64,000 nt of DNA, from assembly GCA_964016885.1 (NCBI GenBank), contig OZ024757.1, positions 37,014,001-37,078,000 on the forward strand, in the 5' to 3' direction. Shown here one piece after another: positions 53,839 through 64,000 of the stretch. Position 1 is the stretch's first letter; every line of letters begins with the position of its first letter. The translations under genes and the position numbers were made by a program. Under the pieces are notes generated by a model. The model saw only the letters and a list, made by a program, of their open reading frames with translations, did no database searches and had not been told where the DNA came from. Source of the stretch: Eledone cirrhosa (taxonomy: Eukaryota).

Positions 53839-56800
53839 TCATCATCGTCATCAGTAGCAGAGACAGACAGACACCAGCACACATACACACTAATTAACTA
53901 GACACATCACACACCCTCTCTCTCCACTATCACCAACGTCACCACTATCACCAACCACCAGCCATCATCACCACCAATAGCAGAGACATACAGACAGACA
54001 GACAGACTGACACCAGCACACACACATACTAATTAACTACAGGCAAAATACTACTTAATATATGTCATCATTCGTCCATTAATAAACCAACCTATTTCTT
54101 TGAAGCATGTTTGTATGTATGTATGTATGTGTGTGTTTGTGTGCGCTTCTCTATGTGCATGTATCTGTGTGTGTGTGTGCATCTGTATGTGTATGTATGT
54201 ATGTGTGTGTGTGCTTCTCTGTTTGTGCATGTTTGTGTGTGCTTCTCTGTAAGTACATGCATGCGTATGTCTGTGTGCATCTGTATGTGCATGCATGTAT
54301 GTGTGTGTGTGAGTGTGAGTGTGTGTGCACATCGGTATATGCATTTATGCGTGTGCATATGCACTTCAATGTATGCAGGTGTGTGCCTATGTATGCATTA
54401 GTGTGTGTGTGTGTGTGTCTGTATGCCTATGTTCACATGAATGTGTGTGCATGTGTAAGCATGGGTGTGTGCATATGGATGCATGTGTGTGTGCGTGTGT
54501 GTGCCTGTGTATGCATAAATGGGTATGTGTGTTGTGCGTGTGTGTCTGTATATGCATGAATGTGTGTGTTTATGTGTATGCCTATATATGCATGAATGTG
54601 TGTGTATGTGTGTGTCTGTATATGCATGAAAGTGTGTATGTGTCTGTATATGCATGAAAGTGTGTGTATGTGCGTGTGTGCCTTATATGCATGAAAATGT
54701 GTGTATGTGTGTGTGTGTCTGCATATACATGAAAGTGTGTGTATGTGCCTGTGTGTCTGTATATACATGAAAGTGTGTATGTGTATGAAATAGTGGTGAT
54801 TTGCTCTTCCTGTTCTCCTAGGAAGGAGGAGAGAAAAGATTACCAGAAGCTTCCACCACTTTATGAATGACTTGATGGAATGTTACTAAACTGATCAGCC
54901 CACCATCCCTGCCCCATCCCATCCAGAGTAGAAATGGGTCGGGGTCGGGGAGTGATGGTGTTGGAGATGGGGGGAACTGAAATGTATTTTAGAGAATAGA
55001 AGAGAGAAGAAATAATGTGTGAACTAGTCATACATTCATGTGTCTGTAGATGTACCTGTGAGTGTGTTTGTGTGCTTGTATGCATGTGTGTGTATATATA
55101 TGTATACACACAAACATATATATATACATACACACACACACGTGTGTGTATATATACACACACATATATATATATATATATACACACTCACACATATATA
55201 TATATGTGTATATACACACAAACATATATATATACAGGTAAAATTCCATTATAACAAAACTTTTTTCAATCCCTGGCCATACGCTCGCTCGATGTTTAAG
55301 GTCGATCTTGTTATAAAGAATTTTTCGACCCCACCCGTCCCGTCAATCTATCTTATTCTATCATGTTATTAAGGACATAAGAAAGTCAAGGATAAGGAAT
55401 TATTATTTATTTCTATATCTCTACAAACGTTTCAACGTGGATAGAATATCACATCCATAAGCAGAGGAACTGAAGATTATAAGTTAACAATTATCTCCAT
55501 TATGGGTTCTTTATCCCAGCCCACACTGTAAAGTGGTTGTGTAGGTGCCATGACAAAAAGCACTCAGTACTCACTGTAAAGTGGTTATATAGGTGTCATG
55601 ACAAAAAGCATCCAGTCCACACTGTAAAGTGGTTATATAGGTGTCATGACAAAAAACACCCAGCCTGCACTCTAAAGTGGTTGTGTAGGTGCCATGACAA
55701 AAAGCACCCATTACTCACTGTAAATGTGATTGGTGTTAGAAAGGGTATCCAGCCATAGCAGCCAAGCTAGAAGCAGTTGTGTGTGAGCAAAACATGGTCA
55801 CTTGACCAAATTTGCCTCAAACAGGACAACACGTCTAACTCATGCTAGTGTGTTGGAAAAACACCAGTGGCATGTACTTAGAATAAGGTAGGATTTGGTA
55901 TCATGAAGGGCACCCAACTGTAGAAAACCTGCCAGAAAGAAAGATCTTGTCCAATTCATGCAAGCAAGGATGTCAAAACGATGATGATGGTGATGATAGT
56001 GTGGCGGTGATAGTGGTGATGGTGATAGTGATGGTGGTGTGGTGGTGATGTTGATGATGATAGTGTTAATGGTGGTGATGGTGATGATAGTGGTGCTGCT
56101 GATGATGACAGTGATAGTGATGATGATGATGATGGTGATAGTGATGATGATGATGATGATAGTGATGATGATGATGATGATACTGTTGGTGATGGTGAAA
56201 GTGGTGCTGCTGATGATGATGGTGCTGTTGATGATGGTTGAGATTCCAAGGGTTATCAGAGTATTAGGGTAAAAACAACAAAATTAAAAACAAAAACAAA
56301 AGAAAACAAAAAAAAAATACAAGAAGAGAGTAAAAAAAAAATGAAGAAAAATCACTGAGTGGATTAGTCGGACTTGCCAACTCATCTATTAATTCTTTGG
56401 GGAATGTTGCTCCCATGGTGATAGACTGGCTCCTATCCAGAATGAGCTTCGCCCACCATCCAACCATCTGTTATCTGTTTAACACAAGCTGAACACGGAT
56501 CTAAGCATGGGATTAATAAACTCAGATGGTTGGGTCAGGTAAGTATTAGTCAGAACATGTTGATCAGATATTTCATAAACATGCAGTTGCCTGGCAGCAG
56601 CCGCTTTCATTCAGTTCACACAAAAAAAAAAAAAAAAAAATTTCATCTAATTACCTATGAGGCAAATATCTTGTATGCTATCCACCCCAATCCACCTGAG
56701 CCCCCCCCCCCCTATCCTCCCTGTAGAGCTGTAGTAGATTTAGATTTCACTGGTTGGCATTAGATGGTCTTTTGTGTCACCCCCGTGTCTGTTCAACATA

Positions 56801-58161
56801 CCAAAAAAAAAAAAATTGCCTATAAGGGCAATATTTCATATGCCATCCACCCCAGTTCACCTGAGTACTTCTTCCTCAGGCATCGGCTAGCCAATTGGTC
56901 TGCATGGTGACCTCTGCAGAGCTCTAGTAGATTTAGATTTCACTGGTTGACTCTCAGGCTTTACCTCACATAATTACCACACATAATATCGAATCTATGA
57001 GATTTTGATATTAATTTTGGTATCAGTATATCAGTATGGGTGGCCAGTTACAGTCGGTTTGAACAGAAAGAGGTGGGAGAATTTTGACTGGATACAGTCA
57101 GTTTAAAAGCTAAAGGGTTAATGGAGAGATGACTCAAGAAAAAGAATATGTATATATATATATATTTATTTTTTTTGTAGATCGACTTTCGTCAAATCGG
57201 ACCAGGAAACAATGTTTCCGTTGGTCTTTCCAATTGCTAATACTCTCTATTGGTCGCAACTTCAGGTAGAAGGAGCAACGTGAAATAATGTGTCTTTCTC
57301 AAGGACATAACGCATCGCCCGGTCCGGGAATGAAACTGATACCCTCAAGATTGCGAATCCAATTCTCTAACCACTCAGCCACACACACACACATGTGTGT
57401 GTGGTGTGTGGTGTGTGGTGTGTGGTGTGTGGTGTGTGGTGTGTGGTGTGTGTGTGTGTGTGTGTGTGTGTTTGTCTTTTCTTCTCTCCTGCTTACCCTG
57501 GTTTACAATTAAAGTGGTCAGCTTAATTCCAAGAGACATTTCATTTCTTTTTTATTTTAAACCAGCTCAAGTCAAACAAGAATCTCAAGAACAATTGACA
57601 AAGACCTAATTAGTTGAATTGTCTTATTATAGAGGGTGAGGGGTGGGTGGTATGGTAGGTAGTGGTGGTAGTGGGGTGGGTGGTATTGAGACAAACAAAA
57701 CAACAACATAAACCAGAAGACTAGTTAAAAATCTCTCATATTATTTAGAATTAGTTGGTTGTAACAACACAAAACACACAACAATTAGTAATAGAAAACC
57801 TTGGACATACACATGCATATCATCATCATCATTTTACGTCTACTTTTCCCTGCTTGCAAGGGTGGGACAGGTCCTATTCAGCATCTCTCCGCTTGTCACA
57901 GTTCTTCGTCATCTCCTCCATGAGCTTCAGCTATCTGAGGTCTGCTCTCACCACCTCTGCCCATGTTTTTCGTGGTCTTCTTCTATATATATACATACAC
58001 ACACACATATATATATACACATATATATCAACATATACATGTATATATATATATACACACACACACACATATAGTCTACATCTTTGAAAAGGCTTGCTGA
58101 TCACACAAGCCGAAACCACTTGGTGCCGTAGTTGGGACTTTACATCTCTCTCTCTCTCTCT

Positions 58162-58252
<91 letters not shown>

Positions 58253-58999
58253 CACATCAGGTTTTTTCGATGTCTTCAGGTTTGAGGGACCTTCACACAC
58301 AAAAAATTAGAATACACAGCAAATCCCCCAACTTTACATATCAAAGTTAGCTTCTTAATATCAACTATGTTACAGTATAAAAGCTACATACTTAGAACAC
58401 TAACAAGTATTTTAAATATATTTATTAAATATGCATGCATGTAATCATGGTCCCGTAACTCCTGAGGGAGTCGTAGGGGCACCATATTGTCATACAGGGT
58501 TTCTAGGGTATTTTTAAAACCTGGCAAAGCCCATCTCCATGTCTAAATACAGCAGATTTATTCCAGAGAAGGTGAGAGAGAGTGAGAGAATGGAAGTGAG
58601 AAAGAGATACAAAGGAAGAATCAACCTCTTCCCCAGTACTATACTGGTACTTTTTTTTAATCGACCTTGAATGGGTGAAATATATCTGCAGACAATTCAG
58701 TACTTTTGGAATTTTATGGTGTTTGTCTGTGTGTCTTTGTGAAGGTCATAGAAAGAAGATAGAAATTTGGTCTTATCTATAAAGTGTTTATCTCTTCTAA
58801 AGAATCTACAAGAGTGTATCGGAGAACAACAGATAACACTGATACAAATTAATTCTTCTCATCAGATTTTCTCAAACTGGAAATGTATTCATGACAAACA
58901 ATATCACCCTTATCTATAGGATATATATATATATGTGTGTGTGTCTATATGTGTGTGTTTGTGTGTGTATATCTGTGTATGTGTCTATATATGTGTGTT

Positions 59000-59035
<36 letters not shown>

Positions 59036-59174
59036 AGCAAAAAGGGATATTCAATTTGTTGGTAATTCAACAAATATATATGTTTATAACTGATTCAAAG
59101 CACTCAACAGATTTTCTGGAGTATAATAGTCAATGATATTAAATAAAGGGAAACTATATTTATAAAACCATATT

Positions 59175-59235
59175 TATTCTATTATATATATTTCAAGGGT
59201 ACCAAAACTTTGGTACACTCTCATCAGATAAAATA
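59175..59235 (-). ncRNA. Minimal type I hammerhead ribozyme (Penelope-type), second copy
   Basis: TATTTTAT-CTGATGA-GAGTGTACCAA/TTGGTACCCTT-GAA-ATATATAT-A-ATAGAATA. Confidence 0.72.
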
Positions 59236-60239
59236 CAAAGTTTGTTTTATAAATATTGACATAACCAGGAAAAAATACCTGAACGATTCAAGTTTTTCCT
59301 GGAAAAACACAGGTTTATTTTTCCTAAAATTCTAATGGAAAGTCTTTCGATAGATATAAAACACTTGAAATGAAACCAGGGGCAGTTTCAGGTGGTTTAG
59401 TATGAAGATTTGAAATAAATACTATGTAAGAAACTCGCATTGATTTAGACTAATGTCCCTACCACCTCATTACAAAGATTGGCCTCATGGCATAATAGGC
59501 TCACAAAAGAGGTTAAAAGCAACAACAACAGGAACAAACAGGTGTATTTACTGCTACACGAACATGACAGAAGTTTTGGAACACCAACAAAGAATGGAAG
59601 ATCTAGTTAGCAACAAACAAATAGCAATCAAACTGGACAAGGTCAAGTTATAATGTATAATTAGGAAATCTTTTTATAACCCAGTAGATAAGGTAGAGAA
59701 GAATGTACGGCAAATGAGGAGGTAGCGATCCGGCAATTGGGGGGATTTATGAGGGCTATGTTTCACTAAACAAACACTTCATAGAACTGATGACATATTA
59801 ACCACTGATACAACATCCTATACACAATTTGGTAATATGTACGTGTGATGTGTTACAAGGAGTGATTAACACAATGTCAAACCTTTTGAATCCATTTCTC
59901 ATTTTACAATACAAAGCTATATATGTTAACCCTTTAGCATTTACATTATTCTACTATTATATTTTCATGGCAAAGGCTTTATCTCACAGAATTATCTCAC
60001 ATAACATGGTATCTATGAGATTTTGATATGTTGAGAACAATACCTTAATGTCAGTATGTGTGGCCGGTTATAGCCCGTTTGAACAGAAAAAGATGAGAGA
60101 ATTCTGGCCGGATATGGCCGGTTTAAATGCTAAAGGGTTAAAGTGTTTATATTTACCTAAAAACTTTCAATCATAATTTTATATAAGAACCTTTGTTAAG
60201 TTAAGTTCCAAATGTTAGTTTAATAATGAGATAGTTCTT

Positions 60240-60435
60240 CTTTGTCCACTGATTCCTGATAGGGTCGTTGAGGCAGAGTCCTCAAACACTCTCCTTCCAG
60301 TGGGTCCTGTCAGAAGCAACTGTCTCCAACTGATCCGGCTGGATCCCCAAGTGTGACCAGCCAAGCTCCTGGATGTTATCCAACCATCTTGCTCAGGGTC
60401 TACCCCTGGGTCTCCTGCCAGTTGGTTTTACCAGT
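60240..60435 (-). mobile_element. RTE 3' fragment (family of 2095-2575; also ~35285-35440)
   Basis: Reverse translation KPTGRRPRGRP*ARWLDNIQELGWSHLGIQP. Confidence 0.7.
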
Positions 60436-60823
60436 AAAATCCATCCAGTAATAAAAGGGTTAAATCAGAATATAAAAAAGAATAACATGAGGAAAAAATC
60501 AGGGTTTTGTAATTGGTCATATCTGTGGGGTTACCTGGCAGAAATATACTACAAATACAACCTACCTACCTACCTATATCTACCTACCTATCTATTTACC
60601 TACCTACCTACCTACCTATCTACCCACCTACCTATTTACCTACCTACCTTCCTATCTATCTTTTTGTCTATCTATAATAATAATTGTTTGTTATATAGGC
60701 ATAAGGCCAGCAATTTTTGGGGAGGGGAAAGTCGATTAAATCGACCCCAGTGCATGACTGGTACTTTATTTCATCGTCCCTGTAAGGATGAAAGGCAAAG
60801 TTAATCTCGGCAGGATTTGAACA

Positions 60824-61028
60824 ATAATAATGAAATTATTGTGTAGTGCTCAGGTGCACTACAAGTCATCAAAGGTGCATGTATAGTACATAGAATAATG
60901 TTCAAATGTCAGGACATTGATCAGTGTATGAGTCATGAAATACATGTGTGCGTGTGTATGGAGGGGAGGGGGGGAGTAACAGGTGTAGTGTTGGCGAATT
61001 TCAGGAAGCATGGAGGTTTTAAAGGATG
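60824..61028 (-). mobile_element. LINE 3' end with (ATT)n tail; shorter pieces at ~30110-30180 and ~35010-35065
   Basis: SFKTSMLPEIRQHYT* followed by TGTAGTGCACCTGAGCACT...AATTTCATTATT. Confidence 0.55.
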
Positions 61029-61066
61029 TATCTATCTATCTATACCGATATTTGTTTGTCCATCAG

Positions 61067-61095
<29 letters not shown>

Positions 61096-61097
<2 letters not shown>

Positions 61098-62180
61098 CTC
61101 TACGTATTCCTCACCGGACAACCGGTGTGGGCCCCGTTCGTGAGGCGAGCCTTCCCACGACTCGTCTCGCTGACCGAGCTGCAGTCCTGGGTCAAGCAGA
61201 GACCGAGGAAAATGGGCGACTGGCACATCGAATGTGCTCAGGCGCTCACAGCCCTCTGGCAGGCGGACCCGGCGATCAGTGGAGACTCCACTTCGTCATT
61301 CTATAGAGGGTTGGTCCGCAGCAAGTGCGACGACGCGCTCGGTGAAACTCTAGGCGTGGAGGAAGATGAACTGGCCAGTCTGTTCGGTAGGACCTTCCGC
61401 CCGGGACCGATGGACAACTTCCAAAAGTCCCTGGCCTGGCAGTGCTACCGAGGAGCTCTACCAGTTCGAGACAAGCTCTACAGACATGGGCGCCCGGGCA
61501 GGGACCCTGCAAAAAAGATCTGTCCGAGGTGCGTGCGAGACGAAGAAACCGTCGCGCACGCATTCATACACTGCCCGGGCGTCACTGACCTGTGGGGCTA
61601 TGTAGAACGACTATTGTCGCGGGTGGGACCAATCCAGTTGACCACCGAGTCCATTGTCATGATCAAACCGCCACCCTCCTTCAAAAACGAAGGAGAGGCG
61701 GTTTTCCTTTGTGTGATAGCTATGGCGAAAGAGGTTGTATGGTGGACAAGGTTGAAAGGGCTGAGGTCAGACACCTTTCTCTCCGGCCAACAACTGATTC
61801 TTTTTTTCAAATACCACTTTGGAAGAAGAATCAGGATGGAGAGAGAGGTGCTGTACCCCAGCAAGTTTTATGAAAGGTGGGTGAAAGTGGCGAGAATGGC
61901 CCGAGTGAATGGGCCTTCTCTCTATATCAGCCTGTAGGTTGAGGAAAAGGAGGAGGAGAGGAAAGGAGTACAAGCTCTTCGTACTCCTGGAGATGAGGGT
62001 TGCACATTTTTTTCGGGGGTCTGTGTTACCCATATAAACTGTCTCCCTCTATTGGGGAAAATCGACTAACTTTTAAATTCCATCTGTGATAACATTTTAC
62101 ACGTTTTTATTGTATGTAAACTTCCCCCTTTGTATTTGTCCCCTTCTTTTGTGCCCCTGTGGCTAATAAAGAAATATATC
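61096..62180 (+). mobile_element. L1/Tx1-clade LINE 3' fragment with zf-RVT, copy 1
   Basis: LAWQCYRGALPV...CPRC...EETVAHAFIHC CCHC motif; stop 61937; 3'UTR, AATAAA, (TATC)n. Confidence 0.9.
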
Positions 62181-62183
62181 TAT

Positions 62184-63290
62184 CTCTCTACGTATTCCTC
62201 ACCGGACAACCGGTGTGGGCCCCGTTCGTGAGGCGAGCCTTCCCACGACTCGTCTCGCTGACCGAGCTGCAGTCCTGGGTCAAGCAGAGACCGAGGAAAA
62301 TGGGCGACTGGCACATCGAATGTGCTCAGGCGCTCACAGCCCTCTGGCAGGCGGACCCGGAGATCAGTGGAGACTCCACTTCGTCATTCTATAGAGGGTT
62401 GGTCCGCAGCAAGTGCGACGACGCGCTCGGTGAAACTCTAGGCGTAGAGGAAGATGAACTGGCCAGTCTGTTCGGTAGGACCTTCCGCCCGGGACCAATG
62501 GACAACTTCCAAAAGTCCCTGGCCTGGCAGTGCTACCGAGGAGCTCTACCAGTTCGAGACAAGCTCTACAGACATGGGCGCCCGGGCAGGGACCCTGCAA
62601 AAAAGATCTGTCCGAGGTGCGTGCGAGACGAAGAAACCGTCGCGCACGCATTCATACACTGCCTGGGCGTCACTGACCTGTGGGGCTATGTAGAACGACT
62701 ATTGTCGCGGGTGGGACCAATCCAGTTGACCACCGAGTCCATTGTCATGATCAAACCGCCACCCTCCTTCAAAAACGAAGGAGAGGCGGTTTTCCTTTGT
62801 GTGATAGCTATGGCGAAAGAGGTTGTATGGTGGACAAGGTTGAAAGGGCTGAGGTCAGACACCTTTCTCTCCGGCCAACAACTGATTCTTTTTTTCAAAT
62901 ACCACTTTGGAAGAAGAATCAGGATGGAGAGAGAGGTGCTGTACCCCAGCAAGTTTTATGAAAGGTGGGTGAAAGTGGCGAGAATGGCCCGAGTGAATGG
63001 GCCTTCTCTCTATATCAGCCTGTAGGTTGAGGAAAAGGAGGAGGAGAGGAAAGGAGTACAAGCTCTTCGTACTCCTGGAGATGAGGGTTGCACATTTTTT
63101 TTCGGGGGTATGTGTTACCCATATAAACTGTCTCCCTCTATTGGGGAAAATCGACTAACTTTTAAATTCCATCTGTGATAACATTTTACACGTTTTTATT
63201 GTATGTAAACTTCCCCCTTTGTATTTGTCCCCTTCTTTTGTGCCCCTGTGGCTAATAAAGAAATATATCTATCTATCTATCTATCTATAT
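62184..63290 (+). mobile_element. L1/Tx1-clade LINE 3' fragment, copy 2 (tandem, offset 1088 bp)
   Basis: Same 5' truncation point and a few substitutions; (TATC)n tail. Confidence 0.9.
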
Positions 63291-64000
63291 AGGTCTCTAT
63301 GTGTTTATATTTAAATACAATGACATTTTTTTTTCAAGGTAAAATAGAGAAATTATTACTCATGACTGTATACCTGTTTCTTTCTATATCTGTTTTTAGA
63401 ATACTATATATATATATATCATCATCGTCACCACTTAACATCTATTTTCCCACATTAGCACATATATATATATCATCATCATCATCATTTTACGTCCACT
63501 TTTCCCTGCTTGCAAGGGTGGGACGGGAACTGATTCTGGCTTGATTTCTACAGCTGGATGCCCTTCCTAACACCAACCTCATTTACAGTGAGTGCTGGGT
63601 ATTTTTTTGCCGTGGCTCCTCCACGACCACTTTGCAGTGGAATGATAGGACCCCAGTCCCTATCATCTCATTTCTACAGCTGAGTAAACTGGAGCAATGT
63701 GAAATAAAGTGTCTTGCTCAAGGAAATAACACATCACCCGGTTTGAGAATTGAACTCACAACCTTTCGATTGCAAAGCCATATATATATATATATATATG
63801 CTGATTGTAGATATTATTAATAAATATTAAATTTGACAAAATATACTATAGATAGAAGCATTGTGACACTTGAATGACATTTCAACAACATTTATAAATA
63901 CAAAGATATATTTTGGTACGTTTACTGATATATAAAAATATATCTCCAAAGATTATCTGTATTTTTAGTATATATGTGTGTGTGTTCACCCCACCCTGAG

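Overview
AT-rich, microsatellite- and repeat-dense animal genomic DNA. The repeat landscape suggests a cephalopod, probably Octopus-like (inference). Genes: (i) first coding exon of the PP2A catalytic subunit on the minus strand, head-to-head with (ii) a complete 7-exon RACK1 gene (317 aa, TCT/5'TOP-type start). RACK1 introns carry six box C/D snoRNA candidates: two SNORD96-like 5.8S guides and four identical copies of a second snoRNA, with four of the six in intron 3. (iii) An unnamed minus-strand single-pass membrane protein was reconstructed by hand from ten phase-consistent exons between 37761 and 26386: Cys-rich EGF/EB-like and furin-like modules, a TM helix, and a Tyr-motif cytoplasmic tail ending PIEV. 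Its 5' end is unresolved. One of its acceptors is preceded by a 558-nt AG-free zone that is also an in-frame Thr-rich ORF. The rest is SINEs, piggyBac- and Tc1-like MITEs, RTE, Tx1/L1 and R4-like LINE fragments, satellites, and two intact minimal (Penelope-type) hammerhead ribozymes plus relics. Most ORF-track entries are microsatellite artefacts.
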